Shown: positions 33,301-45,172 of the stretch, piece after piece | Numbering within the stretch: the stretch's first letter is position 1 | How the letters are laid out: the number at the start of each line of letters is the position of its first letter | Assembly (NCBI RefSeq): GCF_022539665.2 | Contig: NC_081333.1 | Coordinates: 11,594,001 to 11,658,000, forward strand | Direction: 5' to 3' | DNA from: Daphnia carinata | Taxonomy: Eukaryota | DNA length: 64,000 nucleotides | The notes under the pieces: model-generated | The model's database searches: none | What the model was told of the DNA's origin: nothing | Seen by the model: only the letters and a program-made list of their open reading frames with translations | Position numbers and translations under genes: made by a program

Positions 33301-36300
33301 ATGGAAATGCAGCACCCGTGGCTATTACCGTTCCTTCATCCGTTAACTACAGCGCCGCCCATCCAGCTAACTCTCCCTCCGCCACCACATCAACCTCATC
33401 ATCATCCCCATCATCATCCGCATCAACACCACCACCCCCATCACCATGTCCAGCAACAGCAGCCGCAGCAGCCTCATCCGCACGTCCATCATGCTCATCA
33501 TCACGCCGCCGCCCATCAGCTGCCCTCGACGTCGATGGGATTGACCCTGCAGCCCATGTTGACCCCGTCGGGGGCTCTCCTCTTGCCGGCCTTGCAGCAG
33601 AACGCTGCGGCCGCTGTGGCCGCTTTTGCCGCCGCGGCCCATCAACTGGCCGCCCATCAGCAAGGATCCGCCGTGGCGGCTTACAGCGCCATGGCCGCCA
33701 CCAATTCGCCCGTTCTTATGGCTCCCTTTCAACCGCAACGTAGTCGACTCAAGGTAGTAAACACTTGACAGAGGCAGAGAAGGTTGGGCGAGGGGGGTTG
33801 AGAATGGAGGCGAAGGCCGAATCCGTGAGATATGTTTGGCCCCAACACTATGATGTGTACGTAGCTTGTTAGACGTGACTCTTGTTTATTGACTCAATGC
33901 TTGACGTGCTGGGCAGGCGGGTGGGTAGGAGACACTGTGTGCGTGTGTGTGTGCTGGAATGCTGTCGTCATACGGACGCAAACAAGTGTCGGGAAAAGTC
34001 ATCCTCTTAATCTTTTCTTCATCATTTTTGCTGTTTGTTTTTGGGCTGACTGATGGACGGGGGGGGAGTGGGAAAGGATAAAATTATCGAACGTGTTTCT
34101 TTTCGTTTGTTAGGGACCTCGTGTTATAGGTGAGGGCGCAAGAGGCTGTCTGCACGTCTTTGCCAGATGAGCCAATCGATCCATTGGACCAGCTTTTCTA
34201 TGCGCGAGAGGAACAACTTTTGAGGAGATTGTTGGCGAACTAGAAAAATGTCTTTAAAAAAAAAAGAGAGAGAGGGGGAGATTGGATGAAGTTACGATGA
34301 AGGAAAAAGATTGCTATACGGGAGGAGGGGGTTTTTTTCTTTTTCTTTTTTTATCGATGGATTTGTGTTTGGTCTATTGGAATTGATGTACTAGCTTTGA
34401 CAGACACACGCGTGGATCTCTTGTCACTGTAATCTCCGTACAGGATTTTCCATATACAAGTGACAGGAGATTCAAGTTTATTCATTTCGCTCTGTTGAAA
34501 AAAAAAAAAAAAAAAAAAAAAATCCTCTTTTCGGTTGTTTTCTACTGACAATCCAGCGGTGATTTGCATTCTAACCGATTAGAATGTATCGTCTCGTTTT
34601 GTACTGTTACAAAAAAGAAAAAGGGGGAAAGCTCCAAGTCAGTCCTTTTACCGGATGAAAACGGGGACAGGAATATTTCCCCCTTTTTTCTTCCGGCGTG
34701 AGAGTAGAGGATTTCCGCTATTTCTTTGTGTGAAATCTCACTCTTCACCCGTGGAAATCATATATCGATGTATTCTCAAAGAAATTCTTTTTTTTTTTTT
34801 TTTTTTTTTTTTCTTCCTGCGTCTCGTTTTGTTACCTCGCTAAGACGATGAGAGAAAGAGGCTCTTTGTGCGCGTCTGTTTGTATGTGTGGCGCGCGCGT
34901 GTGTTGCGTTTTCCCTCCTCCATCGTGCAGGATTTTCTTTTCCGGAGTGAGCCAAAAACGAGAAGAGATCGATCGCTCCCGATCGTCAAAAGAGACAAGG
35001 CCGTGAGCGACTACTAGACCATCCGGATCCTTATATAGCCGGAAGCGGCAACTCTATTTCGGTGGAGTTTCCGAGTAAACAAGAGAAACAGACACGGAAA
35101 GAAGTTTGAAACTGAAAAGAGAAAAAAAAAAAAAAAAAAAAGAAAATCAAAACCGAAATTCCCGTAGTTTTTCTTCGAATTTTTGTTTTTTTTTTAACCG
35201 AATTCTTTCGCTGTTTTGTTTCGAAGAGTAGCGTCGAAATTTTTCAAGTAGCAACGTGAAAAGTAATGCCTATCCTGTTTCGTAGTCAACGATTTTTCCT
35301 CGCAACAGGATCAAGTTTCGCCATGTACCCTCTCGCCTCTCGCTCAATTTGATCTTGTGGTTTAACACGCAAAAATCCATCGAGGGTTAGTCTTACTCTG
35401 ACCCTCTTTTTCTTCCAGCTGCGAAGCTAAAATAAAAATTAAAAAAAAGAATGAAAGGAAGACGAGAAAAAAGATACTTCCGAGTATAACTACGTCAGCT
35501 TTTCACGTTTCTTTAATACGGCAATTACAGTAGCACTCACACGAAGCGTTTAGAAAAAAAGAGAAAGAGTCTTATGGAACCAATTTGATACTGACATCGC
35601 AACCTTCTGTTATAAACATAAAACATCTTTTGCTACTTTTTTTTTGTTGTTGTTGCCTCCCACTTAAATTGTTACATGATTTTGCGAGTTGATGGCCTGA
35701 CTTCCTTTTTTTTTTGCGCGGAGAAATGGAGATTCCATGGCGTCCGATTTGCGCTTCTAACGTCCTTCCCATATCATTAAAATAGATGTTCTTGCCAGGC
35801 GCGTTAATTTACAAGGTGGGTGGGGTAAAAAAAAAATGAAAAACATCGCGTTCGATGTTGCCGAACTGGAAAGCATTGAAAAAGATTTGTACGAAAAGAA
35901 AATATAATTTTTTTTTTTTTTTTTTTAAAGGGATGAAAAATAAGAAACGTCGTGACGTTGTGCGTATTGCCGGAATGACAGCCATGTAATCGGATAAGCT
36001 TCCAACCCACGTCTGTTTGCTTTGCAGGTCCCTTTTTTTTCTCTTCTTCTTCTTCTTCTTCTTCTTTAATCACAAGGAAGAGAGATGAAAAAAAAAAAAG
36101 ATGCAAATGAAAAACGCGCATCTGGAGTGACGAAGGAAATTTCTAATATACGGACGCGATTCGATGGCCTTTCTTTAAGAGGCTTCCCTTTTATTTTTAA
36201 ATGTAAAAAAAACAAAACAAAAAAATAGCAAGTTGTACGAGAAATGAAAAGAACGGAAGTCATTTTTGTTACGTAACGATCTCTGCTTCCCTGTGCTTGC

Positions 36301-39300
36301 ACTTTACCTATTCGGCTCGTTAGACGAAGAGAAAAATACTGCTGATTTTGGCACCAGAACGTCTGAACGGTTCGAACTCGGTAACCCTCATTTGAATTTT
36401 TTCTTCTCTTTTCAAATGTTGTTTTTACTTGATAGCCGGTCCTGGCTTCTCGCGCTGTGTTGATGTGTTAGCGAGAGGCTCATTTGGGGAATAGGGAGAA
36501 GACTCTGAAAACATTCAGATTTCGGTTGGAGGACAAGTGATAAAGACGAGCGTTGTTTGATTCTTACGTCATTATTCAGACAAGTTGTAAGGTTCACCTA
36601 ACATGTTTTGTTTTACTTACAAAAATCGAAAAATGCAATTAAAACTATCTAAAGAATACCGAGAGAGAAAGAGGGCATCTTTCGCCATCTGTTTTCTCTG
36701 TTCCAGCGCTAGGGAACCGCAACGAAATGTGAAGTAAGGAACCGCCGCATGGCGGAACGCATTCCTGCCTTGTTTTAATTTTTCCATCTCTTGTTTCTTA
36801 TGCAACGCGAGGACGCAGGTTAGGCAGTCTATTCTATCGTGTTCTGTTCGGCCAGTTAACAAGCGAAAACAGAAAAATTCCGTTCTTGTAGCTGTGCAGA
36901 TGAAAAGATGTGTGGCAGAAACGACGGACAGGAACGTCTCCCAGCCGCACGGAGGCAGGACGCAGCACATAGCGTGTGCCGCTGGATTCCGGGGGAGGGT
37001 TTTTCACAACTGATGGATTACCGAGATAGCTACTTGTCACTGGGCGTCGTTGTTGCAATAGCAGAAAAGACAGCAAGAGAGAAAGAGAGAGAGAAAGACA
37101 AGAGAGTAGCTTTTACCTCCTCCCTCCTTATGATTATACTATATATATATATATATATATATTTATTTTGTTTTTGTGGTCGGTGTAGGGAAGAGAGAGA
37201 GAGGGAAAAAAAAAGGAAGGAAAGATAGCAGCAGTAGTGGAGGAGGGTATTGAAGAATGTCTGAAAATAGAAATAGTTTTTGGGGAGCTTTTTTGGCCGG
37301 TGGCTGGTGATGTTTGGTGTGCGTCTCGTACAGTTGTGTGTGTGTGTGGTGTTTACTGGTCTGTGGCCGTTTGTCTCTAGTTTTTTTTTTTTTTGTGGTT
37401 GGCTGGCGGATGATTTTGATATTGGAGAGGAGCCCATTATTGGTACTAGGAAACCTGCCCTAGTGCTCAACCCTTCGACGTACTCTGCGTTGTAGGGAAA
37501 TATTCCAAATGTTATGATGACGTTTCTGACGTCATTCTAATCAATCAATCGCTATGTCAACCTATGCTGTAAGCTAAGAATGCCAGGGCCAGGGGGATAC
37601 ATTTAAAAAAATATTTTTTAGGTAGGAAAGGAAAGAAAAAAAAAAACAGAAAAACATTCAAATAATTATTTTATTTCTGCACTGTCCTGTGGTCGTGTAA
37701 AACCGTCGTCACCTCATTTTGATGGCATGTCAACGTATGGCCCTTCCCCGCTACCCCTCCGAAATTCGATCCAGGGGGGCGAGGAAGGCGCAGCACATTT
37801 CTCATTTTCAGAAAAAAATTTCTTTTTGTTTGTTTTCTCTCCGAGGGTAATTGCGAATTGAACTCGTCATTTTTCTTTAGAACTTTCAAAGCTTTTGTTG
37901 TCGTCGCAAAGGTTGATCCCGACCGTGAATGACTTTGAATCCAAAGATATGCTCGTTATCTTTCCTAATTGTCGGTCTCATTCTTTCTTTCTGGCTCAGA
38001 ATTGTTTTTTTTTTTTATCTTTTGTCTCTTCTCTTATGAATTTAATTGGCATTGACGGTCGTTTTTTCAAATTTTAATCCGGGGATAGCGAATGTTTAAA
38101 GGATGACCCGACTTTTACCGCTTTATGGAGACAAGAGGGATCTTTGTCGACACATCCGTAACAAGTACTGCCAACTCGACTATTATTTTGGAAGCTTTTC
38201 AAATCTCGCATTGGAAATTTTTTTTTTTTTTTTTTAAAGATAATAAAAGAACGGATGTGATGTTCTAAAGATTCGAAGTATTTTTTTTTTTTTTTTTTAA
38301 GGTTCGGTTGGTCGTTAATTGGCTCCAACCGAAACTCCTTTTTTTTTGTGTGTGTGTTTTTACTTTTGACCTCCTCGGTTGGTCGTCTAAATGTTTCAAC
38401 CATTTTTGACGCCTGTCACTTTCACTGGTTTTGTGCTAGAAAAAGAAAAAAACTTTGTCCGAAACTTTGCTCATTATCCAGCATCCATTGCCGCCCGGCC
38501 GCACACTAAAGTGTGTACGGAATCGAGTCGACTCGTTTAACCGACAAAGACCCCCACCATCCCTTCCTTCCGTTCCGTGCCAAAAACTTTTATTTTTCAT
38601 CTTTTTTTTTTTTTTTTTTTTTTTTACCTTTTCGTTCTCGGAATTTCTCAATCCATCACGGCCAACATTTGACTCCCCCACCTAAAACTATTCCGGCACG
38701 CTTTCCTTTTGTGTGCGTGTGTGTGTGTGCTGAAATCGCTTCCTCCTCTGACATTAAATGCAGCAATGAAAATCAGCGCCGTTTTCCTTCTCTTTATTTG
38801 GGGGTTTTTTTTTGTGTGTGCCCTTTTAAATTTTTGACGGCCAACACAATAAGGTGTTGCCACCAAAAGAGTGTTCTCAAACGCCAACCGAAATATACAA
38901 CGACTCTTCCATAGCTGAAGGGAATATAGGGGGGGGGGGGGCATCGCTAGGTTTTTTTTTTTTTTTTTTTTTAATGACGTCGTTATTTGGACTTTGTAGT
39001 AATCCTCTTGTTCGTATTCTTGTCTTGGATCTTTGTCCTCCTTCCTTAGACGCAGAGTGGAAAACCCGGGAGCTGTGTAATATAGGCGTAACGAGCACCC
39101 TCCCTCTCTTTTTTTTTTTTCTTGTTTGCTGTAACACTTGTGCTGTATAACCCTTTTTTTTTTCAGACACACACACAATATCAGAATTAATTGATGATAT
39201 TGTTCTGTTGTTGTTTTTTTTTTTTTCTTACTTGTTTGTTAGCGTGAATTTTTGTTGTTGCGCCGTGACGCAACTGTCGGTTGTCCCGGATACGTAAGCC

Positions 39301-42300
39301 AATCTCTTCTTTCTTTCTTTCTTTTTTTATACCACAAGATGATGAAAATGCCAGACGTAATCATGTGAGCTAGTTATCGCTTTTGTTTATGGTTTTTTTT
39401 TTTTTTTGAACTTTTGTTTTGTAGGAAAAAGAGTAAATATTAAGGGATTATTAGGAGGTTATTAAATACTTGTGATGGAATAAGGATTAAGACCAAACTG
39501 TACGGCTAATAACATGAGACAAAGCCGTGTGGTGTATATGTTACTAATAGAAATTCGTGTTTATTTTGCTGTGTCTCTCGCTACTCAAAACTTTCTCGGT
39601 TTATTTGCACATCTCATTGTCGTCCGACAAGAGTTCTATTGACGCAGCCCAAACAGGCAAAAAGGAGGTCAGTTTGAAAAACGAAAAAAAAAAAAAAAAA
39701 GGGTGGGGGATTCTCTGTTTGAATTTGATGCCCTCAAATAATCGTGTGCATCCTCGGAAAAAGAAGAAAGTCCCGGATTTATTTATGAACAGTATTTCTT
39801 TCTTTTGCTGGAAAAAAAAGTAAAGTGGTCCATTTGAGTAGTTATCCAGACGCAGAAAAGAACACGATCCTTTACTCTTTTCAAGTATTTAAAAGTCAGC
39901 ACTCGAGTTCTTTTTTTTTTTTGAGTCATCGTCATACATGCGAGTGTGTACCAAGTGCCCGTGGTGTCAACTCTGAATGATTTAATTCACTGCCGTTCGA
40001 TATTTTGTTGTTTCCCCTTCTTCAAGTTTTTCGCTTGATCTTTTTGTATGTTTATTTAAAGAAAGATTTATCCATCCGGTTCAGTCCGAATGTGATTTCC
40101 CCTTCATCAACAATTCAAATGTGAAAATGGGTTTCGGAGGCTCTCGCCTTGGCCATCATCAACCTGTTTTAATATTTTTTACTTAAACATAAACATACAG
40201 GACCCTGCCTCTTTACCCGTTTGATTGCGTTTGCCACTCATTATCATCGAGTTGAAAGCAAAAAGGGGTCTTCCATCATGTACCCTCCTCGCTTCGAAAT
40301 CTCAATGCTTTCGGGATTCATTAAGAGTTGGGGGGGCAGGGTAAAACTAGAGGAGCGTTACTCGCCAGAGCGCACTCGCTTAAAGAGTCAAAAGTTCCGT
40401 TTCCCCTAAAGACTTGGAGAGACGAACATCGGGGAGATAAAGTCGGCCAACATTTTTTATTTTTCTTTTGCCAACACACAAATCGACGTGATTCGTCATT
40501 TACATATATTTTTTTTTTATTGTACGTGAAACAGTTTCAGTGCCAGACAGACGTACCGTGTTTAACTTTAGAAAAATGTTGTCGAGTGTAGAATCGTGTA
40601 GTACGTTAATGATATTAATTATCGATTTTTTTTCGTTTTTTTTTTTTTTTTAATTCAGGTTTCGGAGCGTGAGAATCGGCCAGTGGAAGCGAACGGGAGC
40701 GCTGCAGCGGTGGCTGCCATGATAAGCGCGGGAGTCGTTTCCGAGGCCAAGAGAAAACATCACGACGATCAAGTGGAGCCTTTCAAAGATGTTAAACGAG
40801 TAAGTGTTTTGTTTATTTTTCATTTTTTTTTTTTTTTTTTTTTTTTTTTCAAATGCAATCAATTGACGAGAAAAAAGCTTATCTTCTAAGCTCTTGATTG
40901 CGTTTCATTTTTGCCCGAGTTTTTAAAATCCTTTGGAATTTGATTTCGTGTGTTTCCGACTTTCAAATTGGATGACGTTTTTATGGGGCCCTTTGTGGTA
41001 CGAGACAGTTAGTAGGAGCAAAATGCGAGCTGTCAGGTGTGGTCGCAAACTGACATGGCAAAATTGAAATTCGTGAAAGGAAAAAACGTGAATTGATTTC
41101 TGTGCTGAATTTTAAGCAACAACTTTGTTTTCGTTTTTTTTTTTTTTTTAATTCCGAGTGGAGAGCCGAGCGTTCGGAATTTAAATGCAAAAAAAAAAAA
41201 AAAAAATTGTTAAGCTATTTATTGTTGTATCTTTTTTTGCGTGTAGGCTAAAATCGAGACGAGGGCGCTGAAAGCTAAACGCCCCGGATTCACCGACGAG
41301 CGCTACAGCGAAACGGAATACTTTTTTGAAAATGGTAAGTCCCCCCCTTTCGGTCTTTTCTGTTTTGACGACTTTAGACTTTGCAAGCCAATCTTTTTCG
41401 TCCTACATGTATTTTCTTTTTTTTTTTTTTTTTTTGTTGGTTCACTCCGGATGGGAGTGCAGTATGCGTCAGCTTTTCTCCATACTTGTGTGTCCGATTC
41501 GCTCCGATGGAATCAAATTTCCTTGCGCGCATCGCCTTTCTTTTCTCTGTGTGTGTGTGTGTGTGTGTGTGTGAGATGAAAATCGATGGCTAAATCCGCA
41601 CCCTAAAATGTGACACGCAGCTCGAGTGTGAACCTTTTTTGGATATCATCGACGGGGGGGTTGATGAATGTCTCAATGCAACTGGAGCGGAAATTCTTTG
41701 CTGGACAATGATCTCATGAAGAAACGGGGCGGATTTTCCGATCCGGTTCAACTGAATGAGATGTTTTTTATTATTTGATAAAATTACGGATGGCTTGAGA
41801 AGAAAAAAACAAACAAAAAACAAAAGAATGTCGACAAGTGAGTAGCTTTTTTGAATTGGGCATCATCGTGGATGTCAAACGCATTTTTGCCCCACTCCCT
41901 CGTAAACAACAAGACGCAGACTGTGAGAGCTTTGATTGCCTCGTTAACGACTGGACGAACCCGAATGGGCAGATCTACGTCATCCATTAGCGTCCACATG
42001 TTATGCTTTTCTTATGAAACGATGATTTTTTTTCGTCGTTGGACGATGTAGGCGGGGGGATGGTAAAGATAGATCACGCAGCTATTGGCCATTTCTGTGG
42101 AACTGTAGCGAGTTTTTCTTTTTTTTTTTTTTTTATCGTCGGCTAACTTGTTTATCGCAAACGAGTCAATGGATTTGTTTTTGTTTATCTGGGAGTGGGG
42201 GGGGAGGGAGGAGGAAAAGTGGGCACAATTTTTCCGGCTATGTGACGTGATTTGTTAACCACGAGAATTGAATTTGTTTGGTCTTGCTGGCAGGGAATAC

Positions 42301-45117
42301 ATGGAAACTCGGCTGTAAGGACACAGTCCTCATATCCGGTTGGGATGCAACGGGGGGAAGTTATAGGAAAGAAAAAAAAAAGGAGGGGGGGGGGATATCT
42401 AGACAAAAGAAATCCCGCTGACTGGAAATGCGATTCGCGTTTGCCCAGTTCATTGACTTGGTGAACCGCTACTGGAATGAACAAACAAGATGAACTAGAT
42501 TACTCTCTTTCCTCTTTTTTTTTTTTTTTATTTGAAAGGGAATTGGAAATTCCTCCTTTTTTTTTTTCTTGTGGGGGAGGTTGTTCTTCCTCGTTTTGAG
42601 ATATTATTCGCTGTGGAAAGCCCAGTTGGCTGGACCGCATAGACTGGACATTTCACGCATCGTTGCTTGTACTACCCCCCGCTCCAATTCTGCTTTTGAC
42701 TTGACGTTACATTATTTATTTATTTATTGATGTATTACTTCCCCTGGAGCTATCTCCTAGGGCCCCCCTCTTCGTATGGAAGACCACCTCAGATAATGGA
42801 ACCTGGCTTCGGTCCCAGGTTTTTTTTTTTTTTTTTTTTTCCCCAATCGGATGTTATGTCCTACACTCGCGCAGAGAGAAATCATCGTTTTTGGAACGAG
42901 AAATTCCACATCTTTCTTTTCTCTTTTATTTGAAAAAGAAAATTCTTTCGTCCCCTGCGTTTTGTTGATTCAGGATCAATAACTGCTCACCTCAGCTGCG
43001 CCTCGATTTCTAGCAGACCCTTATGGAAATGTCGGTGAAAATTGGTCAAGTGTCACATTCGTGAGCGACACTTGATGCTCGACAGTGGCTAGGGCGTGGC
43101 CTTTTTTTTGGGGGGGGGGGGGAGGGTGTCACGCAAGTTCTTTCGGCTTGGCAATCGTCAAATCGTTGTTGATGAATCTGGATTTTCTTGTGTTCTGTTG
43201 ATCGGTTATTTTTGAAGAAAGGGTGAGCGCGCGTTAGACAACAACACGGACAGCTAGATGAATGGACGCGTGATTGTATTCTCTTGGGAAAGTCGTTGGT
43301 TCCGTCCAGTTTGAATCATTAGCTGGACGCTGCAAAAGTTGGACTACCATTACGCGCATCAAACCATTAACATTTGTTATTTTTTTTTTTTTTGTTTTTG
43401 GTTCCGTGTTTGTCCGTGTCAAAATAAAAGAAGATTGACGAATCATCGATTCGTCTCTTTCTCCGGAAGTCGATGCGCAGAAAGGAAATGTTTTTTTTTA
43501 CGTACAGGGATCGTTTCCGTGGCACTCGTTGGCCGTGTTGGAACAAGCAAAATGCGTTTTTGTTTTGTTTTTACGGGATGACGTGTGATTTTTCTTGACG
43601 CACGTGATTTCTTTCGCCTTTTCGTTTAAGCCTTTTGGGGCGAACGAGAAGAATAGAAGGGAACCGTTGAGTGCATTGACAGTGTTTACTGTCAGTCTCA
43701 CTGTTTACTCCCGCCAGCCATTTGTTATTTTTAGAAATTCTATTTAACATTTTTTTTGTTTATTTTTTATTTATTTTTTTTTCATAAAATAAAAATCGTT
43801 GGGATAAAAGCAGTAAATGCTTTTTAACATAATGGCCGTTTTTTTTTTTTTGTTGTTCAAACTCCTTTGTTTTGATTCTCCTAAATGGGAACACTTTCTT
43901 TTCATCCCGATTCAAAGTTCTATCCTCCCCAAAAAAATGAATGTTTTTTTTTGTTTTTTTATTATTTGCCATTTTGCGTGGGATAGGATTGCAAACAATT
44001 TCCTTCCTTGATCTTTTTTTTTTTTTTTTCTTGGAATATCCGTGGGATTTTTCTTGCTGGAAAACAAGATGGCGGCCATCCAGCGTCGGATTATATGAAC
44101 GTTGCTAGGGGGGGGGGGGGGGTAAAAGAAAGAAAAAGATCTATCTCTCGACAGAAAGATAAGAAACAAAGCTATCACCTCTCAAATGGTTTGTAATCTT
44201 TTTCATTTTTTTAATTTCCCATATTTTATTCATTTTTGTTTTGTTTTTTTATACCGACACGACTGTCGAGGATCAATTCTCTTGCCGCGTTGTCGCAACT
44301 GTGCCATTTTTAGTTTCTCGTCCGCTACTTGATTGCTCTCTTCAGCTCTTTTTGTTCGTGCACGTTCCTTCCTCTTCCCCCCCCCCCCCCCCGTTTGCTT
44401 CGTATGACAAACAGCTCGTCGATCGCGTTTCCGCTGCCCTAGTTTTTACCTAACCGCATGCGAAAGGGAACCGTTGTAATTAGATGAGTAAAAAGAACAG
44501 GACAAACAAAGCTTTTCCTCCCCAAATAGTAAAATGCAATGCAACTTTGCTGGTTTGATTTTTTAGTGGATTTAAAGTAGAGACACGCATTCGCCAGATA
44601 AATTACTATGGGCTCCGCGTAAGGTGTGGCTCTGACATCGTCCTCCAAAAACCCACTCGACTCGCACGAAGATTGTAAATCAAAAGGATAAGCCGATGGT
44701 CGTCTGACTTTGCCCCTTAACTCATTTTTTTTTTTTTTTTTTTTTTTTATTCCCCTTTCTCCGCCTTCCGTCGCGTTCCAGTCGACCAATGATCTGGGTG
44801 TGCTGTGTGTCTTGAAAAAAGAATGATATCCTTCATCGTCTACGTCTGTTATTTAAAAAAGAAAAACAAAATCACAGCTGGGCCTATTTGTGTGGTGCTA
44901 ATCAATACCCAACGCGATGTGCTGTTCTGGTGTTCCATGGCTGGAAGGAGAGACAACCACATGATCGATTCGACGCTCGTTTTGCGCCGCATTACACGTC
45001 CATTTCGGTAGGGATGGTGTCCAGTTGTCTAAAGGGGGGGGGGGAGGGAGATAACACACCATCTCGTTTGCTATTTAATGAAGGGCTCCTGACGATTCGT
45101 GAATTACCCAGCAGCTG

Positions 45118-45172
<55 letters not shown>

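Noticed and set aside
33111..33743. 210-aa Ser/Pro/Arg-rich + strand ORF and the 123-aa antisense ORF (33367-33738) overlapping exon 1b
   Set aside because: By-products of the GC-rich CAT/CAC/GCC low-complexity coding in the His/Ala frame. Only that frame reaches the 33753 donor open and in phase.
36350..36385. GGTTCGAACTC resembling a Pol III B box or tRNA T-loop
   Set aside because: No A box at a suitable distance and no cloverleaf can be drawn.
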